NCBI RefSeq assembly: GCF_037042905.1
Contig: NC_087246.1
Location: forward strand, 6,512,001 to 6,576,000
Direction: 5' to 3'
Source: Lytechinus pictus
Taxonomy: Eukaryota
Length of the DNA stretch: 64,000 nt
The notes under the pieces are model-generated. The model saw only the letters and a program-made list of their open reading frames with translations, had not been told where the DNA came from and made no database searches. Below are positions 49,090-62,759 of this stretch, piece after piece (the stretch's first letter is position 1; each line of letters begins with the position of its first letter). The position numbers were made by a program, and so were the translations under genes.

Positions 49090-50520
49090 GGATGCTTTTA
49101 ATTCAATTTTGTACAACACAATGATCAGACCGCACGTAGAGTACTGCAGCTCAATTTGGATGAAACTTAATTCGGGACATTTAAAGACACTTCAAACTAT
49201 TCAGAATAGAGCATTGAGGATCGTTCTTAAAGTAGATTGTCGAAATCGCAGACTTCAAATTGACTGTTTAAACGCCAAAGTGACAAAAAGACTCAGTCAT
49301 TCTTATCTTCAAAATTCTCAATAACTTAATTCCAGATGAACTTTATTTTTCGAATAAATTTTATTAAAGTGTCATCATATAATCTCAAAAACTCTGTGTT
49401 TAAATCACAATTGCCAAAACCCAAAACAAATTTTGGTTAAAAAAAGGACTATCCACATTGCAACCCATTTATTCAATCAGCTACCGAAATCTTTCAGAGC
49501 AAGATCTACACTATCACAGTTTCAAAAAGATATTTCTCCTGTCTTCATTCTGGAATTATGATTTCTTTTATTTTTTTGGTCTGTGAATATTTATTGATGT
49601 AATTTTGTATTTGAAAAGCTCGGTTGCAAAAGGGGTTAGGTCAATTTTTCATCAAATTTGATTAGTTTTGCATCAATGTATAGATTTGTAGTAGCTCTAT
49701 AAGATGATACCAAATAATAGTTGAAATTCCCATTAAAAATTGAATAAAAATGGCAACCAAAAAAAAATTCAAAAGGGGTTAGGTCCACGAAGACATTTTT
49801 TGGAAAAAATAATATTTTTTAAAAATATGAAGACAGGTAGATTTCTTTTATACCCAATTTTATGTTCACATGGTAGGTATCATGAAAATTTATTTTCGCA
49901 TAATAATATTGCAATATGGGAGAATAAAAAAATGATTTTCTTGGAGTGGACCTAACGCCTTTTGCAACTAAACTCTTCTGAAGAGCTCCTTTTTCAAAAA
50001 CCTATAGATATTTAGTCGCTCTGATGATACCAAAGACAATTTGAAATTCACATCAAAACGTGAATAAAAGTGGCAAACAAAAAATTACTTTTGTATTCAA
50101 AAGAGATTGGGTTAATTTCAGATTGCTTGCAAAAGGGGTTAGGTCCACAATGATTTTTTTTTAATATATAGGAAAAAAATGAAGACAGGTATAGTTTTTT
50201 TATACCCAATTTTATGTTCACATGATAGGGTAGTACATCATGACAATTTAGTTTCTAATAGGAATATTGCAATGAGTGAGAATAAAAAACATGATTTTTC
50301 TCGGAATGGTCCAAAGTGGACCTAATCCCTTTTGCAACCAAACTCTTCAATTGTATTTGATTAGTTTTTTATGTATTTTTTTATTTTGTTATTATGTTTA
50401 TGTTGAACATACTTTTGTTATCTTTCTGATTTGTTGTATTTCTTTGTATATACGGACTTGCTGAAAAACAGCCAAACGGCTGATAGCATTTTTTTTTATA
50501 TCCCGTATTGAAATAAATAA
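49090..50520 (+). mobile_element. Degraded L2/CR1-group LINE 3' fragment split by a DNA-transposon dimer
   Basis: LYNTMIRPHVEYCSSIW...LQTIQNRALRIVL...LPKPKTNFG...LFNQLP, with the tail ggacttgctgaaaaacagc...aaataaataaa at 50452-50520. Confidence 0.7.
49613..50348. mobile_element. Tandem dimer of a TIR element (possibly Sola-like)
   Basis: gaaaagctcggttgcaaaaggggttaggtc ... ggacctaacgccttttgcaactaaactcttc (to 49978), then a second unit gaagagctcc...ggacctaatcccttttgcaaccaaactcttc. Flanks are attt/aatt. Superfamily uncertain. Confidence 0.65.
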
Positions 50521-51100
50521 AACTAACAAAATATAGACGGACAATTGAAATTAAAAATTTATTCATCGATGCCTGAATGTCATTTATTCGCAGAAAAATG
50601 TGTAAGAAAACAAGAGAATAACCAAGGCACAGTGTGTTATTGAAGCATTACCAATAAATGGAACGGTTCATGTTATATATTATATCTATATCGCTTCATT
50701 GAGAAGCAAAATTATTTCATTCAAAACACCACTCGAAATATGTGATGTATACCGTGAAATAGAATTTGAAGGAATTTTAGTGGATATTCCTTATTTTCCT
50801 TAGATGTTTTACTAAATCAAATTACTGAGTAAATCATAGAATTATTGAATAAATACTCAATGTAATATGAGTCAACTATTTGTTCGACATTTATTTACAT
50901 CATTATAACAACGATATGTTTAACCAAATAATACTTACAGTTCATCAGTTCATTTTGGCACTTAAACGCCTCTTAAAATATTAGATAGTGTATTATATTT
51001 ATATTCAGGGCCATGAATAAGATATTCTGACATACTGGATGATTCAAAAGAGAAATTAAGCTAAAAACGTTCGTAATCCGCACTCATTTTTTATCCTATA

Positions 51101-51384
51101 CACTGTTAGAAAATTTATCCTTAAAATAAAAGAAGTTCCTGCAGCAGAGTCTCGAGAACACCTGTAATCTTACCAGATTGCGTAATCTTACAGGAAATTG
51201 GTATTTGGTGTATGGAACCTTACAAATTTCCCTAAATAAAACACCCTTTTCTCTTTTTTAAACAGACCTGTTCTGTTAAATTGCAGAAAAATTCCTGTTT
51301 TATGAATTTACAGAATTATTCTGTTATTGCTTTCTGCAAAATCTTCTCTTGTTTTTCTATAAAATCACGATTTTTTTAACAGTG
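51101..51384. mobile_element. CACTG-ended MITE (CACTA/CMC-like) flanked by TA
   Basis: ta|CACTGTTAGAAAA...TTTTTTAACAGTG|ta. Confidence 0.7.
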
Positions 51385-52207
51385 TACTTTATGGTAACGC
51401 AATTGAAAGTATATGCCTTTCAGGTAGAACATGATAACAAACCAGCAAAATTGATTTATTTAATTATAGAATGCTGAGATCAATAAGTGATGAAATATTT
51501 CTCAAGAGTGCTATAATTGAGGAGATTGAACGTTTAAAATTACAAGAATTTTTAATACGTTTTTTACGGTTGCATTTATGAAAAATAGATCTTTGTGTAG
51601 CCAACATGGTTTCCTATTAGATTTTAATTTAAAAATCTAAAAATAAATGTTAGTGCCAAGATCAAACTAACTTAAAATGTATATATATAAGATGGAAAGA
51701 AAATCTAAGTAGAACGCAATAAGATATAAGCAAGAAATGCGATATCAATTTACCTTTTTGTGAATAGCCCTTATAATATCTACACCACATCTGATAAGGA
51801 TGATTATTTTCGTTAAATTACTTTGGGCACTTAAACATGGAGAATTTATTTATCGTTGTCTCCAGAAAGTGAATTACTTCATATTTACGCAAAATTTGAT
51901 TAATTTATATAATTTTCACCAATCGAATACAACTTTCAAGACGGACCGTAAAAGAGGACCATACTGAGTCAAATCACTAGTAAGTTGACAGTATATTTGT
52001 TATTTTGATCATGAGCTTTAGTAACTCAAAACAAACGACTTATTCCGGATGATTGATTCGATGTTGTTATTCCAAATTCATGTCTCGAAGCAGATTAGAA
52101 TACATTGGTTATTGATTATAAATATCATTAAGGCCAAAACATCAATATAAAAGATATTAGTATTCTACATCTTCATTAGAGCCTGCGGAAGTTGCTTATT
52201 TCGGCAT

Positions 52208-52296
52208 ATAGACTTAATTTGTATTTTTTCTAGTTGTATGAAATTATAAGTATAGACTTAATTTGTATTTTTTTCTAGTTGTATGAAATTATAAGT
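52208..52296. repeat. Tandem duplication of a ~44-bp unit
   Basis: atagacttaatttgtattttttctagttgtatgaaattataagt occurs twice. Confidence 0.85.
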
Positions 52297-53105
52297 TTAA
52301 GCATAGTAGATGTGTTAATCAGTTATCTTGAAATGATTTTGATTTTGGATATACTTGTGTTATTTATGCAAATATCCAGACTGCACACTTTATTGCCTAT
52401 GATCGTGAACACATTCTTCATGCAGCTGAAATAATGTTCGTTGCCTGAAAAGATTGTAGAAATATCCATCTGAAGATGCTATATTAACATACAAGTGCAC
52501 TTGATGACTGGTCACCCATGCAAGACATAGATGTGTTACCCGGCTGCATTCAAGCACATTACAATATATACTTTGGGGCCCCAAGTATGTTGCTTCCATA
52601 GAGCCCCACGGCACAAAAATAGTGTCTTCAATGGAAAATGGTTAGGACATGCCATAACGCGTATAGAATCGCAGTTGCGACACATTAAGGGTGAGATGAA
52701 AAGAACGATGTTGAAGTGTCTGACGTCAGCTGAAGAGTTCAAGTAGGTGTAAAGAAATAATTATCCCACAGAGCTCAATCTGAAAGGAAAAGCTTTGTAG
52801 AGGGCATCCATTCCAAAAACTGGTAAGGACATTTTTTCTCTCTATCTGTAGCTTATGATTACAATTTCAATTTATCACATGCATATATACTATTTCTAAG
52901 AAATTATTATTAGTGTATTATTATTAATATTATTATCCTCATTATTATTATTATTATTCATACAAACATTCTGGTCATGTGATTGGTTGAAAGGAGTTTA
53001 ATAATTGATTCAATTTATGATGAGTTTACATTTTATTTTTTCATTACATGCTAGCTCTCTCTCTCCCCCCCATGTGTATCACTGAGCTCGTATGTGGTTA
53101 TTTTT

Positions 53106-53940
53106 ATATTAATTTCCTTCTTATGAATATTCATGAGTATTCTAGATAAAGGATTGGTCAATTCGCGATCATGTGACAAGGTATGATTTTAATATAGGAA
53201 GCACATCGCTGCAAATAGCTCCGTATAGTTTTCTTCGAGCTCCGTATTTTTCGATATACTTTTAAGGGGAGAACTGCGCATGCTCGTGCTCGATATGTTC
53301 CCTCAACGTTGAACTGCGCATGCTCCCTGACATAACGGATCCAAAACTGTACCGATCGCGATATCCGCAAAAATAAATAAACAGAATTTAATACAAGCTC
53401 TCGTTCAAGTTACTTACCGACAATCTTAAAAAAAGTGTCGAATTGGGTCTAGGTTATCATGCAGAAAATATAATTCCATGACGGCCATTCATACAGGATT
53501 ATTCAAATTATACCTAACAAGGTGAATCAAGATCCGATACTTTAGACTATAATATTCTAAAATAAGTTACCCTGCTCGTAAACAATTTACATCTTAAGTG
53601 CAACTTCAGCGGCACAGCGCAGCGGACCTCCAAATAGCTGCTGTCGGGTAGAAGGAGCGCGCAGCCTACTCAGGAACTGGTTTGCATTAGCTCGACAGGC
53701 CTACATTGTAGGACTTTGTCCGGTAACCTTAGAATTGGTCTAGACATCAGCAAGGACTAGGTCTAAAAGTTAAAGAGGGATATAAAACAAATATATCTGG
53801 CGTTTCCTTCGAAAGCATAGTGGGAATTAATATCAATCCTTGGTTGGACAGACAATATAACTATTTTCCCTCGGGGAAAAATAGTAATTGCCAGTCCAAC
53901 CTCGGATAAATGATTCCAACTATATTTTCTCAAAGCCTGA
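53106..53940 (+). mobile_element. Long-hairpin element family B, copy 2
   Basis: Homologous to 31770-32588 (inverted) and 62760-63408. Terminal hairpin at about 53810-53935. Confidence 0.8.
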
Positions 53941-54141
53941 TATGTGGGTGGGTGTGTGTATGTATGTATTGTGAGCGGGTGGGTATCTGTTTGGAATATA
54001 TATCACTGCCTATGGTTTGGGAGGACGTAACTGCATGTGGTAAGCGCAAAACAAATTTGACTGTGCGCTTAGGTCCATGAATTAGTAGTGCCCTTCACAA
54101 AATAAAGGAACTAGCTACTTTCATAGGGGAAAAATTATGGT

Positions 54142-54607
54142 AAGGTGAACGACTGAAATGAGAAGAACAATGAACTCGTACATCATCCTTCATAGTAACG
54201 TCTTTGGTCTGCACAGTGCCCCTTGTCTGCGCACTCGCGTATCTGCACAGTGCCCCTTGTCTGCGCACTCGCGTATCTGCACAAATCTAATCAAAGAAGA
54301 CATTTTCATTAAAATATCCAACTCAAAATGGTGGAAATAATTGAATTTCAGGCATTTCATAATAATGAAGACCTAAAAATGCAGTCTTTCTCATTAAAAA
54401 GTGAAATGTTGCAATTGAACTTCGACTAGACTTGGGAGGCGACACGAATTACGTGAGTATGAATAGGGTATATAAACTAAACATGTGACACGCATTATTG
54501 TCAATTTGAAGTGGATTGAACACCCTCTTTAGTCAATCAACACTCCAAACTGACAATGAAGGATGGTTTACGAGTTCATTGTTCTTCTCATTTCAGTCGT
54601 TCACCTT
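54142..54607. mobile_element. MITE with perfect 39-bp TIRs and an internal 34-bp tandem duplication
   Basis: aaggtgaacgactgaaatgagaagaacaatgaactcgta (54142-54180) and its exact reverse complement (54569-54607). Confidence 0.8.
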
Positions 54608-57600
54608 CACAATGGACAAAACAAAGTATTTTAAACGTATAGGCCTATAGAAGCAGCCTCATGAATATTCATTCATAGTATAATAGAAGAACCTCATGAA
54701 TATAGTGAAGTAGTGCAAACTTCAAAGATTTTTTTTTTGGGGGGGGGGCTTCTTTGGGCCTTCCACAGTTTTACGTGGGAGCTAAGGTTGGCATCGTTAC
54801 TGGGTCAAAAACAAAATCAGAAAGTAGGACATGTAAAGCACAACAACTAAGACTCTCTTGGGATTTATTTGAAATGAGCTTAGAAATAAATCTCGTTTGC
54901 CTCTGGCGAAGGTGTATACCTTTATTGTACTCCGTGATATCAGCAAAACAACAATCTTCAAGGCAATAATCACTACATGCCGTAAAACTGATTTGTATAC
55001 GTAAACCAATCTTGTCAATTTATACACGTAACAATTCAAATATCAACCATGAAGCTAAAATACACTTCCATGTATCAACAAGGAAAACATGATTAAATGT
55101 ATTGTTGGTAACGAGAATTAAATTCTTTTTTCGCGAAAGAATTTTGTTTTACTTTAATTGGTTGGTGATTTTTGTTTAAATTCGGGTATATGATTGGGTG
55201 GTAGGGCACTGCAGTCAAACTTATATGTTGACAATTGCCTATCCTCATATCGCATCTTCCGAGATTCTAGTTAGGAGGAGGTCACGTTGAAGGAATTCTG
55301 TAATCAATATTTTGATTGCTTCCCATATCTATGAATACCACCAGAGGCATTTCGCCCCCAAAATCAAAGAATGCGTTGTTATTGACACATGACGCCATTT
55401 CTTAATACTCTCTCTTTCTTACTCTTTCTCTCATACCCGCGTCACATGTCGTTTCTTGTATCGAATTTTATATGGTTTTCTCTGAAATAAAAAAAGCGTG
55501 AGCTAACCTTTCAGACAAGAACATGACATGGCTTTCATTTTAAGTGTGTAACATCCTAAGTCATGTCATTAATTTTGGATAGGAAACGCTAGCAGAATAT
55601 TTTTATTTTGATTTAGTTTACTTTTTACTTTGTATATGTTATTTTTAACCTCTCGTTTTCTCCACTTTTCTGCCTCCTTTTCTTTTTTCTTCTTTTTCTT
55701 TGCTTTATCCCGACCTTCCTTTTCTTATTTTCCCTGTTTCTCCCTCATTTCCTCTTTGTATTTTGCTATACCATTTTCAGATCTGCCTTGTCCCTCCTAA
55801 TCTATTATTAAGGCTTATTTTGTATTATGAGGAGGCAATGGCTTTCATGCACTTTGATTCACAAATAAAAGCACATGATTATTTTTTCCCTTTTCACGCT
55901 CTCTTCTCCGCAAACTATTTCCTTTTTCCTTGTTATTTCTTTAATTTTCCCTTCATTCTCTTTTCCCTTCTTTCTTCCCTCACTTCTTTCTCCTTTTTTT
56001 CCTACTCTCCTTCATACTCTCTGCCTATTCTAAATTACAGGGCGTGGTAAACAGAATGAGGACGAGGCTGTTCCGTCTCTGAGCTCATATTTTGTGTTTT
56101 AATTTATTTATTTATTTTGCTTTTGTTTTTTTTTTCTTTTATTTTTTTTCATGAGGTAGGTGTGCAGGGCCATTTCGGCATAGCCTCTTGCTCACCCTCT
56201 TAACCTTTTTCTTTAATTTTTCGCATGTAGATTTGCTTTAAAGTTCCTTTCCCTTTCTTTACCTTTCTCCTCTTTTTCTTCTTCTTCTTCTTCCTCTGCA
56301 ACCCCCGAACCATGGCAATAAATCTGATAGAAAATAAGGCTGCTGTAAGTGTCTTCATTGGAGCAGTTTAATTCGAGCATTATATAAAGCAATCCAAGGG
56401 ACTCTGCTTAGATTTTTTTTTATGTGATGAGCTTAATCTTGGCATTGTGGCATTAATATGAAATAAGACTCTAGTCCATTTCTCGTCAAATAATTGCTAA
56501 AAAGAAAGCATTCGAGGTCGGGATTTTGAGTGCCTTTATCATGGTAAACGTGATGTTTGGTTAGAAAAGGAAATTCCACCCACATGCCAGGCTGTCGACC
56601 TCTCTTGAAATGACATGCACCAATTGGTAAATAGATCAATATCGCTACTAGGGAAAACATAAAATGGGGTTTCTACATCCGTGGGCGTTAATGATATACC
56701 TCAGACCTATACGTCAATCCTTAAAAGGAAGATGTTAAGTAATAACCTCAATAAAAAGTTCATTCTTGCTTAACCCACACATATTTTGATTACGTCCTAA
56801 AATTGTGAATAAGGCCGACACTGACATTATGACTTCTGATTTCAATACTGGTAAATGTTTTTTTTTACATTATGAAGTGTGTATTTTATCATTTTCATGA
56901 GGTCTTGTTGGATGAGACTATACACTCATCTGGCTTTATCGATCATGGTTACAGCCCAAAGATACTGTTAACATAGATGCAGAACTAAGAGAGGAATGCA
57001 CTTTAACTTGTTACCACCATCCTAGATACTACCTATATTGTCTTGAGGTTAGTATTAATGCAAGGATGTGAGCCTACATCTCTTAGTCACGTCTTTAGGG
57101 AACGAGGTAGTCAAGAGGGTTGTGGTCTACTTTCACAGTAAGCATGCCCTGCATCCTTCTTACCGAGGTGTTTAATGACGTAATAATTCTTCGTCCGAAC
57201 ATCTATCTGTCCTTGGTGTCATTTTTTTACGTTGTTGTAATTGATTTAGACTATGCAAAGCTAACAAATTCACATTGGACATCTAGAAAATGTTATTATA
57301 AGTGTAAGTTTTTGTGTTGGTAATCGTGTTGTTGGCGAGAATTAAGACGGTTAACATGGATTCAACACAGAATTTGTGTTTGTAAAATGATACATCTCTG
57401 CCTCTATACCTGTGTGTAGCAAAAGCTTAATTTCCATTTGTAAACTGTTCTTTTCTGTCTGAAATGCAATAAGATGCACGGCCCCTTCCTCTCTGCCCTT
57501 CGACCGGTACCTATGATGTTGGTTGTTGACGCTGTTGCCGGTGTATAATTCTGGACAACATCAACAAAAAGCTAACAAGATCAAACTTTAATCGACAAAA

Positions 57601-59247
57601 AGTAGCACCCTGTCCTTGTTCAATTCGATAGAGCCCCCATTTACTTTGCATGTCTCGAGTGCATCTTTAGATATACAGGAATCTTACATGAGATTGAATC
57701 AATCCGAATATAAAGTGAATATTGTAGTAAAACTGGGAAGATGGTTCGATAAAGAATGCACTCGACACGTTATTCTGTATGTTAGAATAACGAATTGTGC
57801 AAATATACGAAGGTTGTTTTTATGCCCCCTGCGTAGGTATAGCCATACACCTGTCATATGCACTGAGCTTCAACGAAATACGACCATTAATTCTTCTTTT
57901 TCACCTTCATTTTTCTTTATCCTCTCGTGAAGCTCTCCGACAATTTTTCAACATACCAGAGTGTGTGTAACTGGATCCTTTGACAGTGTCGTCGTGACGC
58001 CTTAACCGCGGGCAACCACCTGCGACGCCGTAACGGAATCCCTAAGCGAAATGTAATCGCTTCCACCAGGCGACGGATTTAATGAATCCAAATTTGATGG
58101 CGGGAATTTAATAACTTACCAATGTCTAGGCTTATAGATTAAAGTGAATATATACGAGAAATGGGTTTGGAAGAGAAATAGAGATATCGATTTTCAAATT
58201 GTATGCATCCTAGGGGGTTTTAAAGTGAAATGTGATGATCGGTCATACGAAACTACCGAGGGAGACAATGCAGGTAATTTATCCCATTACCAAATCGGAT
58301 TGTGTATAGAGTTTAAGCTGCAATTACCATGGATTGGTCTCATATCCGGACCGATGATTATAAGTTATTCATTTTCACAAGTGATAGTTGTACAAAAATA
58401 TCACGCTTTTGGTATCGCCGAAAGGTCGGAAAGGGGTCATGTCTTTAAAATATCTCAGGTATATCTGTCCAGATGTTAGTTATAGAAATTAAAATGTAAA
58501 TAATGTTTCTATTAAAGGACATACTTATAAATGATATACACGATATATTTATTAATAATATCTTTTGATGTTCTTATATTTTTGCTTTAACAGTTGCGTG
58601 GTAAAAGTCTAATGATAAGTAGGTATTAATATCTCATCCATGATGCTGAATTTATTTCTGTTTTAAAGGAATCATCCTTACTCCGTGTGCTTCCTATTCC
58701 AGGTGGATAATAAAGCGCTTAAGAGAGACGGGTTTCCGTGTCATGCCTAATGATGAATATGACGAGTGATGAAACCCATAGAAGAAAAATTATTCAGATC
58801 CATTCATTAAAATAATTATGGAATACTTCTATGATTGTCAAGGTCGTAGTGTCCTCTTTCTCTCTCTCGCATTTTATCAGATAATCAAGAGTAGATGTAG
58901 ACCTAGAGTGATACACACGTAATACATTGTCCCTCTAGTTTCTCATCCTGGATGTATGTCACAGAAGAAAAGATTTATTCAAGGAATCTTTAAAGCTCAG
59001 ACAACATCAATTTCTTTTTTGTAAAACAATTTTTGTGTTCAAACTGTAAACATCGATCACGATAACATGAATACGTTTTGTTTTTCTAAATTGCTTTCAG
59101 ACATGTGTGTAATGGTGCAGATGACAATATTATCTCATCTCGGTGTCGCTTTTATTCATTATCTGTCGATTCGTTTCAATATCTTGTCATTTTCGCAAAC
59201 GTTATTATTTCACGACATGACATCTTTGTCATTTTGTTTTGTGCCAG

Positions 59248-59360
59248 CGGCATATGAAGGTGAAGTATTTTGTTTACAGAAAGTTCACGATGCTGAAGAT
59301 TATGAGAAGAAAATTCACTTCCGTCCTCAAAAAACATTAACACCGGAAAGGGCAAGGCAG
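59248..59360 (+). other. Candidate internal exon of an unidentified or decayed gene
   Basis: cattttgttttgtgccag| acceptor and CAG|gtatac donor around an open frame AYEGEVFCLQKVHDAEDYEKKIHFRPQKTLTPERARQ. No family recognised. Confidence 0.25.
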
Positions 59361-62300
59361 GTATACCAACCTTTTTTCTAGGTAAAATCATTTTCGCTAG
59401 TTGTTTCAAGAATTTAATGTTTATTCTTGTAATTTTTAAGAATTGAGATATTATAATTTTAATCATTTCTTTCAAAGAAATTTTGATAGAATAAGGTCGA
59501 AGACAATGCATCTTTTCCTCACTCAATATTAAGCCATAAACGTAAGACGTCTTCATTGTCATGGTAGAGTAGCAGGTTTCCACCCATTAGACCTGGCCTG
59601 ATTTCATCCTACGAATCTAGGCCAATAGGTACGCATCTTAACCTTATTCTTGTTTCTTTTCTTTCTCGAGAACAAAAAAAAAACCATGCCGCTGTCACAC
59701 AGTCAAGACCAGGCCGATCAAAGTTGTCATGTTATTTCCGATAACATACGATAGGTCTGTTTGGAGTCGGTGGTATCGTTGGTGTGGCTGTAACATCGTG
59801 TTGGGTTTAGGTCGATTTTTTATCCTTCGATGGGTGTTTTAATGTGTGTGCGTTCGTTCTCTATCCTTTTGTTTTCTTGCTAATAAACACTCGAAACCTT
59901 TTAAGTCTCTCGTCAAGTAGAGAACCAGATAACAAGAGATTCCCGACAGATGCTGCTGATCGACATACAGGGGGAGAAATAAAAGTCTCAAAGAACTATC
60001 AATACTGAAAAAAATAGACAAAAATAAAATGTCAGGATATCGACAATTAAAGTAAATAAGCAGTATACATAATAATGCTTTCATAATGTTATATATGTTA
60101 TTGTTAGAATTATCATTATTTCTATAATGCATTTTTTCAGGGGGAAGTATGTTGTTACGAAAATGTATATGTACATGTACTCCTATTCACTGTGTGTGTG
60201 TGTTTGTTTGTTTCAAGACTTTCTCGTTTTGAATAAAGTCAACTTGGTCATTGTTTTTTTATTCAATATTTATGCACCCCTCAACGGGACTTCTAAGGAT
60301 AAATGTGCTCCAGTATAGACTTTGGCATGTCTATATATCAATAGAATCTTTATTAAACACTAAACTGATCACTGTAGACTCCGTCGGCCTTTCACGTCAT
60401 TATATTTAATGGCTGTGTTTAGATGCTGTCGTCCTGTATATGTTTCTCTATCTGATTTCGGATCATCGTCATTCGTCATTTATATCCCCCTTTAACCGTT
60501 TAAAATTAATTGTATATTAACATATGACAGGGTACTTATACCCTTCCACTCCTGCCACTCATATGATTATATCTCCCCCCCCCCCCCTCCCTCTCTCTTT
60601 CTCTCTCTTTGTGTGTAGCACTCTGTGTAGCTGATCTCTTTTATCTCTCCTTTTTCCCTCCCATTTAATTCCGTCGATTTTCTCCTTTGCCATTCATGTC
60701 TCTCTTTTCTACTCATCTAACTCTTTTTGGTCTTTCTATCATCTCTTCATTCTAATCTCACCCTCCCCCTTCTCGCTCCGCTGTCTCTCTATCTTTTTCT
60801 CTCTCTCTTCTTTTCATCTTATATTCTCCCAGCTAGGTTAATATATCTGACGAAGTAAATGAAAGGAGCAGTAATTTGATATACTGGTGAAAGCAGAAAG
60901 TTCGTTTCTACCGGTTACGGGTTTGTATGTTGGTGTCAGACGACATACGAGGGTGTCAAATTCGCCACATTCTCCTCATCGATTTTAATGATTGATGCGC
61001 CGTCATAGCCTCGTTCAATTCTTCTTGATATACTGTCGTAGTTTATTTCCTTTGGATTCCATTCGACGGCCCGAGCCATAGCTTTGTACTTGAAAATATA
61101 GTTCCTCATTATTAGCTGCTCCTGACATATTCTCTGGTTTCCGTTGTAGAAGCAGTTGTGTTAAAACGTAATTGTCAGACAGACCTACGCTGAAATACGC
61201 CCCTCTGATTGGTTGAAAGTCACGTTGTATTTGATTATAATTTTTTGTCAAATTGGTCCATCACTGTACGATGTCATATCTATCTTATATCTTATTGTAA
61301 TCTGATACACTCTATGAATATTTTTTTAATAGAAATCTGACCTGACGATGCAAGCCTTCTTTGTAAATTCATTATTTTCCCTGTTATTTTTTATCTGTAA
61401 ATCTATGAATCAGTGTGTAAAGATTATACCAAATAATTGTTTTTGACTGTTTTTTTGTTAGGAATGTGAATCTAGAATCTATTTATTTTGGTCAATTATT
61501 AGAATATCGGGAAAATATGAATTAAAATCAAGATAAACCTATTTGATAACACGTTGCCATACTTCCCTTTCCTTTTATTTGATGACATAAAGGCATGATT
61601 AAATTTTTTTTTTTTGAAATGCTACCCCCCTGAAAGGGTTTGTACTTTAATTTGTTTCTTCTTTATAATATCTTATGATTATATGTGTGGAATCAAATGA
61701 TTAAATAAATTTGATTCCACACATTAAATCAATTTGGATCTTAAAAGGTTTGAATTAATGAATCATTATTATCATGTTCATCATTAGAGAAATAGTTCAT
61801 CATACTCTTAAGAAGAGGCCTCAGACTTATGCCGAAATTACAAAATAACTCTCTTTATTCAACCTTAAAGAGTTCACCATTTCTAGGAAGATAACCCTGG
61901 GATGACACGTGCACATGTATAAAGACAGAGACGTTGGGAAACACGAAGGCGTTGTCTTGAATAATCTAACGGAACCTGAACTCACTTGGCATCACAATAA
62001 ATATACAGGGAGCTAACATTTTGTTACCCGATGGGGTACGTGGTGTGAATTAATTCAAACATCACCTTGATGTATTCTGACTTTCCACCTACCATACTCA
62101 ATCAAAATCGAATCATTCGCAGTCCTTCCAACCACCATTGGCAATGATGGCCTACTTTAAGTACTGATAGATGGTAGAACAACAACAATTTTCTACTATT
62201 TCTTCTTATCATTTTCCTCATCCCACCTACTCATTTTTTGTTCCTCGTATTCTTACACACTGTCCTTCTTTTTCTATTTCATTATCTGAGAGTTCTCTTT

Positions 62301-62759
62301 TTACTCCAGAACGAAAGCAAAACATAACAAATTAGGGTGAACCTCCATGGAAAGATATAGAAAACAAGTTAAAACCTTTAAGCATGAAAGATACCGAAAT
62401 GAACTTAACTCACTACATTTTATCTAAAACACACTATCTTGGGACATACCAAAAAAGTCAAATTTTAACCAAAGAAAAAGCGCCTGGTGCAATATTTCCC
62501 TGATGGAGAAAGTGACCAGAATAACAACCAGAAACTCATTAAACAAAAGGTTTGAACTGATTCAAAAGTGAAGGAACCGAACGAGACCGAACATGAAACC
62601 ACTGTAAGCGTCAAATTTACCCGCCACACCACACAAATAGCCAATAATGACAGTCTGCCTGAAGATCCCCTTAAGGAATGGCGTTATACCTCCGCGGAGC
62701 TCCGGTTGTACACGTTCAACAGGTATGAATGCATATATATATTTATATATATATACATA

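Noticed and set aside
52390..52830. Cluster of short overlapping ORFs in a slightly GC-richer patch
   Set aside because: All frames I read are interrupted and no domain is recognisable, so a call cannot be supported.
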